A stretch of 63,983 nucleotides of DNA, filler included, from Hydrolagus affinis (Eukaryota): NCBI GenBank assembly GCA_012026655.1. It is 4 parts of 4 records of this genome, joined end to end, with 100 filler letters (N's around TTAATTAATTAA, not from the genome) between each part and the next. Parts side by side here need not be neighbours in the genome. Positions count along the whole stretch, not along the records: positions 24,300 to 39,651 come from JAAILG010018074.1; 3 more parts are not named here. One strand, given 5' to 3'. The notes beneath the pieces are model-generated. The model saw only the letters and a list, made by a program, of their open reading frames with translations, was not told the origin of the DNA and did not search any database. Shown here in pieces: positions 24,300-38,015 of the stretch. Each line of letters begins with the position of its first letter. The stretch's first letter is position 1. The translations under genes were made by a program, and so were the position numbers.

Positions 24300-26799
24300 A
24301 TACCTATTTACTTCTCACACTCCAGGCTGGGATACCTTCCAGAATGCACTCACAAATGGAATTTACTGCTCAGGCGTAATTTTCAGGCTCCATTCGTTTT
24401 CTGTTGAAGCACAAATTTATTTCACGATGCTGACAATGAGTTACCAATCACATCATGCTCTGGCCCTCCCATAGCTAACTGTTTACACCCCACATCACTA
24501 CTAGCTGTGTGTACTCACTGGCTTTGGCCTCAACAACAACTATTTGAAATTTTGTATAGTCCCTCATGCAGGATAGCGTCCCAGAGAGAAGCAACATGGG
24601 TGTAGGAGACAGTTGACCAATAGGCGTGACCCAAAGGGGTTCATTGAAGAAAAGTATTCCACAGTTTCAGGCTCACGTCACTGAAATCGCGGCCACCGAT
24701 GTTGCAGCTCAGGGCAATGGGATATGAAGGAAGCTTCATGCTTGTCTCTGCCTCACTGGTCAACATCGATAGACTCGCTTTCAGCCACAACTCCTTGTGT
24801 GGAACACAACGCCCCATTCATTCCACCGTCCACCTCTTTATATTGCTTCAGAGCACACATGATATACTTTCACTACTCAGCGTATCTTTGTTCCACTCTT
24901 CTATTCCACAGCCTGGGCACCAAACAATATCTGCCTTGATACTGATGTGGGTGAAATGCGCGACATGAATGCAATTTGAGGCGTTGCTGATGTGATGATC
25001 ACTGTAACACTTTATCTTTTGTTCAGTCTGTCCTTGAGATATTTCTAGTGTTCGTCTGTTGCCTATTCTTCGTCTACTATTCGTCTACACTTCAGCCAAC
25101 CCTTGCGATATTTCGGTGATTGACAATCATAAATTGAAGGAATAATTCATCTGCAAGGAAAAATATTATTATGGTTATTATGTTTTCTTCGAATTTTAAC
25201 CTCACACTTGTGGGAAATCTCAAAACAATTCGTGTTTTCTATCTCAGCAAAACAATTAAAAAACATACCGAGTGTCTGTTCGATTGGGAACAGAGTGTAA
25301 TGCGAAGTTATCTGAACAACCCCCAACACCCCCCGATAACCCGGTCCTCATCCATTCTTATCCCCTATTTACATACAAATATCTTTATTTTGGCTTGAAT
25401 ATCGTCGTTCTGCCTTTCTCTGTGTTACCCGAATCCTCCGCTCCACCCTTGCGGCCGTGCTTTTAGACACTACTCCCCGATGCATAGTGATCCGCTGTTG
25501 CAAAGCGCTCTGAGACGCCGTCCGGCGTGGATGGCGCTATATAAATCGAAGTTGCTGTTGTTCTTCTGTTATTCAAACCATTTGAACGTGCAACACGCTT
25601 CTTTCCAGGATCATCCTGCACACCTCGATTCCAGCCCAGGTTTACCTGTTTTCTTGCTTCATTTGTGCAATCGGAGTGGAATAGCTAGTGGAATACTGGT
25701 AATCTAATGACTTGCAAGCAACATATTGGGGGGATACATCTCATCAACGACTTTAAATCTATTTGAATTTGAAAAGTAAAGAAAGTCCATTTTTGATTAA
25801 TTCTGTATTAGATAATAATCATAGAAGCAGCCTACAAAACTATTCCAACTATATATACGCTTTATATAATTTAATGTAAAGAGCAGTGACTGTATATGAC
25901 GTTGGGGAATACGGAATCCAAGTCACGAAGAAGGATTATTATTATCATTCTGATTTTCTTTCTTGACTAGAAATTTTAAAAATGTGCAGCTGACGTTTGT
26001 TTGTGATATTGTTTCAGATGATATGAGGTTGGTTAATGGAGGCAGCCCGTGTGCTGGGAGAGTGGAGGTTTATCACGGTGGTCAATGGGGCACAGTGGAT
26101 GGCGCTGGCTCTGGCAATCGTGGCTGGGATATGGAGGACGCGGCTGTGGTGTGTAAGGAGCTGGGCTGTGGAGCCGCCCTGTCAGCGACAGCAAGTGCTT
26201 AGTTTGGGTATGGCTCAGGTCCCATTGTGAAGTCTTCTGTTGAGTGCAAAGGCACTGAAGCTGCTCTGAGGGATTGCGAGTCAGAGAACTGGGTTAACCA
26301 TTCAGACTACTGGATTTCAAACTATTATGATGTCGGCGTCATCTGCTCAGGTAAATAATTCATTTCCTGTTCATTTTTCAGTTGTCATGATTTTGGTGAA
26401 CCAAAGTTTGAGAAAATCTGACGAAATTTGCATCCCAACCTATGCCGAAAAATCGCTCGTTGTCGGGCGTCAGGCTGCCCCAACCGCTATCACCAATACC
26501 GCCCCCGCAACTTACTACCGCGCACCACGCGCTCCATGTTGATTTGTTTCTTCTCCCTTTTTTCCTGCTCATCCGTTCTCACTGATTGAATCAGTTGATT
26601 TTTTCGCCCGAAACTAAAAAGTACTGAAGGAAGAAGTCTGTCCTTAAGGTAGCGATCAGTGTTTCTTCTAAAATAAAACATCAGTAGCTCAGCCTGACCG
26701 ATTCCATCCTGATTTGTAGTCACGTGTCTTTGCTATCTTCCAAACATTCACATAACCCCGGCTCCGGATCTGCCAATTTTAGCGCAGTGCTGCCTCTCC

Positions 26800-27600
26800 T
26801 CTCCCTCCTCAGACCCTGATTTCACAGCAGTTACTGTCTTCCCTCAACTTCTCAAACTCCGATAACTCTTTAGGTATTTTCCCTCCTCACTCAATCAGAC
26901 ACCCATTACACAGCAGGAAATGTCGCTCATCTATTTCTCAGACATAGTTTCTCTGCAAATACCGTCTCTCAGACCCTCATTATGGAGAAGCTCCTGTCGC
27001 TACTCACCTAAGCAGCAGCTGCTATCTCTCCGCCCTCACAGGCACCCATCATGCAACAGTTAATTTCCCTCCTAAATTTCTCAAAACTCAATTATACTGT
27101 AATTATTATCTCGCCTCGGACCTCCATTACACAGAAGATACTGTCTCCCCTCACATTCTCAGACGTTATTACACATCCGGATTTGTCCCTCCACAAGCTC
27201 TGAGAACCTCCTTACTCAGTAAGTGATGTCTCTGGTCGCCCTTTCAGAAAAATCATTGCAGCGAAGTTAATTTCCCTCATCATACCCTCAGTCGCATATT
27301 CGACAGCATGTACAGTCTGTTCTCATACCAACTTAGACTGCCATTACACAAAGTATAACACATCTCCACATCCTTTCGGAAACCCATCACAAAGCAGGTA
27401 GTGACTCTCACCAAACTCCCCTCCACCATTACACATCACCCATAGGACATCTTGATTCTCTTTACCCTCTTAGAACGCAACACGCGGAGCATAATGTCTC
27501 GACTGACCCTCACAGATACTAACTTTGCAGCAGATAATGTCTCTCCTCACCCTATGAACAACCCCTCCTCCCATTACACAGCAGTTTTTGTCGCTCACGT
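26800..27600 (+). repeat. Old degenerate ~43-bp minisatellite in SRCR intron 1
   Basis: Recurrent ccattacacagcag...tgtc.ct.ctca...tctcaga. Confidence 0.55.
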
Positions 27601-27789
27601 CTCCCTCTCATTCCCCACAAACACCCACGTCCACACTACATATCAGGTACTGATCCTGTTAAATAAATGTTACTTTTCATTTTAAAGTGATCATATTTTA
27701 TTTTAACCACAGGGTGGGAAACTTTGTTACTACTTGATATCCCATAATATATAACCATATATCAGTATTTTTAAGTACTATTATTAAAT

Positions 27790-28290
27790 CCCTAGATTGG
27801 GGCGTCACGCTTCCTCTCACCCTTCAAATCTCTCCACTTCAATGCACCACGCCCCCTCCCACCCCCCCCTTCCCCACCACCAGACAGACCTTGCTTCTGC
27901 CCAAACCAGCAAAGATCAAACATTTCACAGTTTCAAGCAACTTACTGTCCCGGAGAGGACCGATTTCAAGATCCTCAGTTTTCTCTCCAATTCTCTGCAC
28001 CCTCCTAACTCTGTGACCTCCTCCTCCGGTTCTGGTCTCCCACTTGTCCGCCGAATACCTCCATTCACTATGTCCCGAAGCTCTGGATTTCCCTTGCTCA
28101 CTCCCTTCGCCTCGATGGCTGACCTCCTACTTTCTGGTCTCTGCTGAAGACGTTTCTGTTGGACCGCGCCTACTGTTATCTTTTACGCCCTCACCATGCA
28201 TCTGGTCAGGGATCCGTTATTGTGAAGCGATCTGAGACTCCATCCGGCGTTGAGGACATTACATAAATCGAATTTGTGGTTGTTGTTGGA
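27790..28290 (+). mobile_element. L2-type LINE fragments
   Basis: Pyrimidine-rich decayed ORF ending in ctgaagacgtttctgtt and the tgtgaagcgatctgagac tail. Confidence 0.6.
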
Positions 28291-30060
28291 TATTGATTTT
28301 CTTTCTTCTCCCCTTTTCCTGCTCATCCTTTCCGAAGTTTGACTCCTTGAATCAGACTTGTTTGGGTTCCAAACGTAAAAATTACTGATGCACGCACTGA
28401 GTCCTCAGAGTATTGATTCGTGTTTCATCCAAAATAATTCCACAATCTCTCTACCAGGCCCACTTATGTAGCATGTTAGGTGACTTTGCTGTGGTATCCT
28501 CCACACCCACCGCACTCCCCGGTTTGGGTTCTTCCACTGGCCGTGCTACATAATTACTAGTTGCTGTTTTAGTTGAAATCTGTGTATTAATTCATTGTCT
28601 CAGACAATACACAGTCATTTCACTTTCCTTTGGATTTTTTGAAGGGCTGTGTGAAGTTATCCAGTCTTAAATGGTTCAACATCCCAAAATTGTATGTTAT
28701 TAGCAGCACAGAGAAGCGTTCACTATCACACCTGAAACGACGCACTTGGTTTGCTCTTCAGCGGTCCGACCTCTCTTTATCCCCACTAGCTTCGTGATGT
28801 CATACCTATTTTGTTCAACAACACAGTACAGAATCACAGAATAATATAAGATTTCCGGTGAAGAGTGTTTAGACATCAAGATGTTTCTGTTCGAACGCGC
28901 CTACAGTTAACGTTTACTCCTTCACCATGCCTCTGGCCTGAGATCTGTTATTGTGAAATGGACTGACACGCCATCCAGAATGGAGGGCATTACGTAAATC
29001 GAAGTTGTGATTGTTGTTGCATGTTGATTTTCTTTCTTCTCCCCTTTACCTGCTCATCCATTCCGAATTTTGACTCATTGAATTCGGCTTATTTTAGTTC
29101 CAAACGTAAAATATTCTGCTTCAGATGCTTCAGATTTTCGTGGAAATCAGTTCATTAGTTCACCTTCTCGGACAATACACAGTCATTTCAATTTACATTA
29201 GATTTTATGAACAAAAGATCATAAAACTATGGGCAGGAGTAGGCCATTCTGCCCCTCGAGGCTGCGGCGCCATTTGATAAGATCATGGCTGATCTTCTGA
29301 CTTAACTCTATTTACCTGCTTATCTCCATATCCTCTAATACCACTTTTAAAAAAACATCTATCAGTCTCAACTTTGAACATGTTCAAGGACTGAGCATCT
29401 ACAGCCTTCTGAGTGAAGAAATGTTTCCTTAATTCTGTTGTAAACGGCTGACCCTTAATTGTAGGATGATGACCCCCTGGTTATAAATTCTCCTACTATG
29501 GGAAATAATCCCTCAGTGTCTACTTTATCCAGCCCTTTAAGAAACTTATACGTTTCACTAAATTTTCCCCTAATTCTTATGTATTCTAGAGAATGCAGCC
29601 CTTGTTTATTCAACCTATCCTCATAGTTCAGTCCCCTCATCCCAGGTACTAACCCGTGAGTCTACGCTGCACCAGCTCTAAGGAAGTATGTTATTTACTA
29701 AATACGGAGACCAAAACTACGCTTTGTGAAGTGGTTTGTGAAGTCATCCATTAAATGTTTCAACATCAGCAAATTATTATTATTATTTTCTTAAATTAAT
29801 TTTGAATATGTTAATCACTTAGAATTGCTTAATGGATAATATGTTCAGCACAGAAAAGCGTTCACTCTCGCACATCAAACGAAGCACTTGATTTGCTATT
29901 AAAGGGACTGAACACCCTTTATCCCCACTAGTTTGTTGATGTCATACCTATTTTCTTCAATAATAAAGTACAGAGTCACCGAATGATACTTTCAATTCGG
30001 AGAAAAGCGTATAGACATCAACGTTTCTTAAAAGACCAAATATATGGAGTTATCCCTGAA
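28100..30060 (+). repeat. Intronic tandem duplication (~28100-28900 vs ~28900-30060); copy 2 interrupted by CR1
   Basis: Matching blocks at 28120-28390/28912-29120 and 28650-28880/29735-30020. Confidence 0.75.
29215..29720 (-). mobile_element. CR1-type LINE 3' fragment
   Basis: ORF 29455-29640(-) MRGLNYEDRLNKQGLHSLE..RIRG..ETYKFLKGLDKVD is a CR1 RT C-terminus; CR1 tail at 29215-29300. Confidence 0.85.
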
Positions 30061-32089
30061 ATTGCAGTCAACGTCATTCCGTGTACTTTACTGCCACAAC
30101 CGTTTGCCCTTTAAATGAATCAATTAGTAGCAAAAACGAGGCCATTTTATTGGATTGCGACGAACATCTATTTAGCTCTGCTTCAAATATCCAACACTTC
30201 ATATTAATGCAAGTTTTTATTGGTTTTCAATTGTACAAAATGTTGCAATTATCCCTGAATAATTATTAATTTTCTGTTATTGTCAGGAACTAAAAGTCCC
30301 AGACTGGTGAATGGAGGCAGCCGTTGTGCGGGTAGAGTAGAGCTGTATACCAACAATAATTGGGGGACAGTTTGTGGAGATACTCTGGACATGGAAATGG
30401 CAATACATTCCTGTAAATATATGGGATGTGGATCAGCTGTGTCAGTATCTGGTGATGGTCGCTTTGGAGAAGGATCGGGTCCAGTTGTTGGTCGGCCAGG
30501 TTGCGGCCATGAGCGAGATGGTGGCATATCCTGTTCAGGTAGAGTTTACATTAATAGTTCAACATATATTGTGCCAGAACTGGATCAATATTATCAAGTT
30601 CATGCTGTGTCTGCTTGATTCATAGCCACTATATAAGGTAAAATATCTGAATGCCCGATAGCAACAATATGTATCAAAGTGTAAGCAAAGCAACTCGTGG
30701 TTCAAAATAATTGATCAAGTTATTCTAGCAGGCAACGATACTAACCATCGTTCATATAATGCATTACACATGGCAGAGAACAAAACTGCTTCTGCCCATC
30801 TCCTCAGCCACACACAGATAGGAGGGACAAAAAATATAACAAAGAATTTCTCACACAATTTTTTTTCTGGGATTCCTGAGTTTATGCCGAGTGGGTGCAA
30901 ATTATAGATAAGTTAGAGCACGCAACTTAAACAAACTCGCAGGTTTCTCTGTTCCTTCACACCCCTTAAACTTGTACTCTCTAGCCTCTATTGTCTCCCC
31001 TTATTTCTCCTCCCAAAGTGCATCGCTTCACATTTCTCCACATTAAATTTCATCTGTCATTGGTCTGCCCATTTTACCATTCTGTCTATATCTTCTTACA
31101 CAGTGCTACTATCCTCCTCACTATTTACCTTTTTTCACCTAACTTTGCGTCATCGGCAAATTTAGCAAACTGTATTAATTTGCGCTTCGTTTTATGACTG
31201 TTGCATACTTATGGACTTCACTCTAACGTGTCACGTGCGATATAATTGAATATTGTACTATTTTGAAGCTGGACAAACACTTTTGAATAAGTTCAACACA
31301 AATCAAATTAACACTGGTGTAGCGCTCTCTACGCTGCGTTGCATCACCCAATGCATCCCGACTCCCCCCCCCACCCCCCACCCACCACACCATCCATCCC
31401 GCCATCCAGCTGAGGTCTGACACACTGACTGCCCAGCGACTTGGGACGCCCACCTGACGTGAAAGTCGCTATACAAGTATCATTTTGATGTTGTTGACTC
31501 ACAGCACTTAGTCAACGGTTGAATCACCTGCAACGTATTTAAATGTAGATTCATTTCATTCTACATTTCTGATCATTGCGTTACCTTGCGCTCGTTTGCT
31601 GTTAGTGGCTAATCTTTAAGTCAACCACAAATAGATCATCATGCTTTTAAATTATAAAAATTCATAGCAAGTTATTCTTCCATACAGAACACGATTCTCT
31701 GAAATTAACCGGTGGAAGCAACAACTGTTCTGGCAGAGTTGAGTTGCAGCGCGATTATAAATCAGGAAGCATCTGCGATTACTATTGGGGTATGCAGGAT
31801 GCCGATGTGCTCTGCAGGCAAATGGATTGTGGATTCGCTTTGTCAACTGGATCTGAAGCACAGTTTGGGAAAGGAACAGGTCTAATCTGGAAAGCTAACT
31901 TTAATTGTGTTGGTAACGAGACCCGAGTGCATGACTGTCCTGCGGAATTCTGGGAGGAGTTCAGCTGCACACATGACCATGATGTTACTGTAATTTGTTC
32001 AGTTAAGAGAAACAATAATAATAATATTAAAAATAATAATAATAATAATCATACCTGCATATGATACAGCAACTTACCACATCGTTGTG

Positions 32090-32450
32090 ACAACCACAAC
32101 AATGGCAACAAAACTACACTTGTATAGCGACTTTCACGTCCCACAGAGATGGATAGTCATAGATTCCGACGCGAGCTGTGATCGGGGAAGAGGATGGTGC
32201 AGGGAAAGGTGGACGTCCGTCAAAAGGGTGGATCTTGAGGCGGGTCTTGAAGGAGTCTATGTAGGAGTGAGTCATTCGGATTGTGGAATGGAGCTCCAGA
32301 AGTTGGGGGCAGCATCGCTGAGCCAGCACTGGCTCACCCTCCAATGATGGTCAGGTCGGGTACGTGGAGTAGGCAGCAAAGTGATCAGCGGAGGTCGAAG
32401 GCAGGTAAAGATAGGAATGGGAGGTGGCATAGGTAGAGCGATAGACGAAT
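32090..32450 (-). mobile_element. L2-type LINE 3' fragment
   Basis: Minus strand reads APNFWSSIP...SFKTRLK, followed by the tail. Confidence 0.7.
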
Positions 32451-35400
32451 AGCTCACAGAATATACTGTTAAGTGTACTTCCAGTGTTTTGTTATCCGAA
32501 ACCCAATAATTATAAAAAATAATTGAGACAATCTCTTTTAAGCTAAAACATTTATTCGAAATAACAAGCTGTCTGCTTTACAAAAGTTAGTATACTGTAA
32601 AAGTGAGATTGTGATGAGATATTGTTCAGTTTTCACGGGTCATAATAATCTAAATCTTTAAAACTAAGCAGAAACCAAATAACTGGCTTCCGTATAATTT
32701 GTAAAATATACCACTTTACTTGGAGGTAGCAAAAATACATCAATGCTCTTATTGCAAAAGAGAAGCAGCTCATATTGAATCCTGCGACACAGCAGTTATC
32801 TCTCGCTCCCACATTTTAGCATGGTATATATAACATATATACCTTTGAGCAAATTCGTCTAGTTTTAGGCTCTGAAGATAATGCTCTGCTGCTTTAATTC
32901 AAATGACTATCTACAATATTCTTTATTGGTAACGAATCCAGACTTACTACCACAATTGGAGCATTGTGCTTGGTTATCGGGCAGTAATCTGTCATTTTCT
33001 TAGTTAATGGTTTAAATCTGTAGGTTTGATTACTACTAACATCACAAACTGTGAAAGGTTGCTGGTACTTTCTATTTGATAGACGAGCTTTCTGTATCAT
33101 GAACTCATATTGTCACATTGGATCTGTGAATTGTTTAATAGGAATTCTGCAATTACATTATCTTCATCTCTCCCACTTTTGATTGAGTAATTATCAATTT
33201 AAATAATTGAAGGTAAACAGTGGCATTTACGTTTAGAGAACGGGGGCAGCCACTGTGATGGGAGAGTGGAGATTTATTACGATGGTACCTGGGGAAGATT
33301 GCTGGATGATTCCTGCGACGTATTAGATGCCGATGTCATCTGTCGACAGCTGAAATGTGGGTCAGTGATTTCAGACAACAACTCTTCCCATTATGGGGAA
33401 GGCTCTGGACCTGTGTGGATCAATAATGTTCAGTGTTTGGGAAATGAGACACACATCTGGAACTGCCCATATTCCACAGTGGCTCCATCATCCAATAGCA
33501 GCACTGATGCGCGTGTTCATTGTTCAGTTGAGAGCATTTTAATGATAAATATGTTAATATCACGCAATGAAATATCTAATAATATAATATGCCTTCCTGC
33601 CTCTGAATGGCTGCCACGTCATCGATGCAGCGAAGACCGGTAAGTTGAGTAATATTTATTTTTTGGATTGTGAATGTCATCAAAATACAAAGAAAAATCC
33701 CCAAGTGTAAGCTGTCGTTTCGTTTTATATTGGAAAAGGTAACAAACAGCATTAGTAAATCCAATCAACTGGGAATATAAGTGATTCTTCAGGTAAGTGA
33801 ATATTTACCAATAATTGAAATTTCACGGTTAGATTTATCTAGTAGCTCGTTGTTACTCGATTAGTGGATCACATTTTGGGAGTAATAGTTCCCCCAAATA
33901 AATAAAACAATATATTTGCTACTCAATGCAGGATTGTTTGTGCAATTTGCTGCCATATTTCGCACACAAATGCTACAATAAGTTTACATAAAGTTTATCA
34001 TATGAAGAGCATTTGTGCATCTTGTGAGATTGACGGTGATCATAGCGTAATATCCAGCACTATTTGAATGAAGTAGATTGGGCAGACGAGTGATGATCTG
34101 AAATTATTACGCTCTCTGATAATCTTTCCTACCTCCAGTTAATAATTCTATTAAAGTTTGTAAAATGGTTTATGCTTTATATTAAATTAATCTCTGTTCT
34201 TGTTCAAACGATGCTGCAAAGATCAGACTGATCGACGGTGAGAGTTCGTGTGCTGGGAGAGTGGAGATTTACTGCAATGGATCCTGGGGGACGGTGTGTG
34301 ATGACACCTGGGGATCACTAGAGGCGGATGTTGCGTGTAAACAGCTGGAGTGTGGAACCGCAGTCACTGTAACAGCTGCGGCCCCTTGCAGGAAGGCCTC
34401 AGAGCCAATTTGGTTGGATGAGGTGAAATGTTCATGGAACGAGTCAGCTCTCTGTGAATGTGCTTCGTCTCCATGGGGGCCTCATGACTGTTACCACAAA
34501 GAAGATGTCACCATCGTGTGTAAAGGTAAGAGATTGAATATCGCTTGTTGCACCATCACGAAGTACTGATATGGTGTATGTTTGCGCTGTCGATTCACAA
34601 GATTATAGGTTGATCTCCGCACATGGGATAGTCATTGTAAATGTCGACGAGCTAATGCAGCAGGGGATGCTGCCGAGGTGGTCACTAACTGTTCAGATTA
34701 CATGAAAGATGATGGTAACGCTGGAGAATCCAAATGACTATCTACTACCACCTGTCTTAATGAACTCTGTCACTGTTGCTTCTTAGGGCACAGGCAGGTG
34801 CGGCTGGTGAATGGTCAACATACCTGTGAGGGGAGAGTGGAAGTGATTTACAATGGGACCTGGGGCACAGTCTGCTTAAACTTCATGGGAAACAAAGCCG
34901 CTGAGGTCATCTGCAGACAGTTAGGTTGTGGCCAAGTAATCAGCGTCGATTATCGTGTAAATTGGGATAGGTTCTGGACCTATTTGGCTGGATGACATAG
35001 ATTACAATTCAAAGGGGTCCTTCTTGTGGCAATGTTCCTCAACACCTTGGGGTGAACATGAATGTCGTCATTTGGACGATGTGGCTGTAATTTGTACAGG
35101 TAATAATACTTTGATGGAGTAAACATTTCTTGGATTATAATTATTGTAATGATATTTCATCATAAGCATTTCACTTATAAATGTATGTTTAAAGCAGGGA
35201 AAGCAAAGAAAAAATCGGTCTTTTCGAAACAGTGCGAAGGACGCTCACACGATCTGGCCCATCATTTAGCAGGTACTGATTTAAAAGTGAAACGAATCAA
35301 CAAAGCTTGCATTTCATGTGAATTCACTCGCATCTGTAGGATTACTCAACGCAATTCAGATTATCTACTATAAAGCGGTAGTAGTAATGTATAGGACATA

Positions 35401-35604
35401 TGTATTTGACAGTAACAAGGATCATTTGAATTTTATGTATGTGAGTAATTGAGACGTTTCGAGACATCTAGAAGACCTGAAAAGCGCGATTTCAAATGCA
35501 AGGCTTATTTTATTAATTATTAACATGTGTGATTTGAATGTTTTCTATTCAGGACAGAAGTTGCGATTGGTTGGAGGAAGCACTGCTTGCTCGGGAAGAG
35601 TTGA

Positions 35605-35883
<279 letters not shown>

Positions 35884-36463
35884 TAGTTTACTATTTTCGT
35901 TGACAAATTCAGCTAACTTCTGGGATAACTTAAAGACAAAAATAGAATTAATGCTGGATTAAATTTGTCTGCATTATTTTGCAGGTTCTGCACTTCGCGA
36001 AGCAACAAGCCGTCCCACACCTTTAGGTAATTAACATAATTAATTGTCGTCTTGATAATATGTGCTAAACTTCGAAGAGATTATCACTGCAATTTCAATT
36101 TTGATACAATATAGTGAAAGTCATATTATTTGAAAGATACCTTGTCAGAATTTATCTTTCATTTAGAACGAGGAGGCTGTTTAACTCAAGAAAATAGTTT
36201 CATATGCACATCTGTAAAGCTGTTGTTGGCATTCCTCTGATTACACTGTCTAATGTGCCATGAACTGAATAACACGTGACCCGAGACAAAATAGTGAGAA
36301 GTGTTTGATTCAAGAAATTTTAAATAAAATTTCGAAATTCTGAGAACTGAATCATATCCAACAAAAAAAGACTAATGTTGAGTCTTTGATTTGCAAAGCC
36401 CATCTGATCAACATCCCATTGATCACCTGTATCGTGTTTGAATATTACTATGTCACAACTGGT

Positions 36464-36706
36464 GGTGATGTCACTGAGAGTGGTGATGTCACTGAGAGTG
36501 GTGATGTCACTGAGAGGGTGATGTCACTGAGAGCGGTGATGTCAGTGAGAGCGGTGATGTCACTGAGAGGGGTGATGTCACTGAGAGCGGTGATGTCACT
36601 GAGAGTGGTGAGGTCACTGAGAGCGGTGATGTCACTGAGAGCGGTGATGTCACAGAGCGGTGATGTCATAGCTGGTGATGATGTCACTGAGAGCGGTGTT
36701 GTCACT
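36464..36706. repeat. 18-bp minisatellite (GGTGATGTCACTGAGAGY, ~14 units) between duplicated TM-exon acceptors
   Basis: Direct read of the units. Flanked by a ~65-bp direct repeat at ~36377-36440 and ~36710-36775. Confidence 0.95.
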
Positions 36707-37654
36707 AATGTTGTGTCTTTGATTTGCAAAGCCCATCTGATCAACATCCCGGTGATTCCCTGTATCGTGCTTGTGTTCCTGTTATCAACAGTGCTGTTTG
36801 CACTGATGGTAGCGATGGACAGCAATTCTCTGGGAAGAGGTGAGCGTGGAGTCAGGTTACATAGCGCTGTGGTTAACTTTTTATTTAACAATTCAGAAAA
36901 TTTCAGATAATCTGATTGTTAACCCACTCTTCCAATTAAAGCGTTCATTAATATAACACATTGATCAGTTGTTAGTGTCTTTATTTCATTCTGTTAGGTG
37001 CACGTGCATTTATAAAGATACACTAAGGGAAAGTATAGATATAGACATAAAGATATAATCAGCGAACAGTGAACTACAGAAGCGTAAATGCATAAATACA
37101 CAAATATTTGCAAATGTAAACTAATCACATTGACATACTTTATACTCAGGAATACACAGACTTAGGTAATAATATACAGGGAAGTGAGTAAACCTTCCAT
37201 TTGATATAGTGCTTTTCAAATGTTCTAAATGTATCAAAGCACCTCAAAGCATATGCTGTAAAGTGAATGTACTGTACATGAAAGTGAAATAGTACATACC
37301 CATCCTTGCAATCGAAAAGTCGTATATACAGAGTTAATAAAGTACACAGAAAAATATGGACACTGATACAAAGATATACAAAGAAGCTATAGTGATCATG
37401 AAATACATTTTTGTTCCACTACGAAAACCCGCTTTACATAATCCAGATTTATTAATACCTCAATTTCAAGATGAATTGTGCAACGTCAGGATATTATTGT
37501 AATGTGTGCATGTAAACTTCCAACAGAGGAAAAATATCCCTCTGTTCGTTTCTATCAAGCAATTTATGATGAAATTGAGGATTTGCCAATCAGAAGAAGA
37601 TCACTTGGTGCTGGATCCTTCGGTATGTACATTATATTCATGTTGGTTCTATAC

Positions 37655-38015
37655 CTATCTCCCTCCCCTCCTACCTCTACCTCCACTCCTTACTCTCTCC
37701 CTCCGCTACTATAGCTCTCTCTACTCCTAACTCTCTCACCAACCTGTGACCTCTCTCCCTCCCCTCGTAACTCTCTCACTGCACTCCTAATTCTTCGGTT
37801 GCCTTCTAAATCTTCCTCCCCTACTAACTCCCTACCTACACCTCACTCCTCTCCAAACTCTCACTTTCCACCCTAAATATCTCCCTCGACACCTAAATTT
37901 CTCCTTCCCATCCCAACGATTCCTCCCTCCTACTTATTCTTCCCCTACTAAATCCATGCCTGCCTCGCTAACTCACTCGCTCCCCTCCTAACTCTCGTAC
38001 GTCCCTGCCTCCTGT
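37655..38015 (+). repeat. Polypyrimidine (CT-rich) low-complexity tract
   Basis: Nearly G-free ctccct/ctaact sequence. Confidence 0.7.

Noticed and set aside
24690-25110. Signal-peptide exon of the SRCR gene
   Set aside because: Hydrophobic stretches exist, but no convincing ATG-to-phase-1 donor exon could be built.
36464-36706. Regular repeats as a possible CRISPR array
   Set aside because: Head-to-tail units with no unique spacers, in eukaryotic context; it is a minisatellite.
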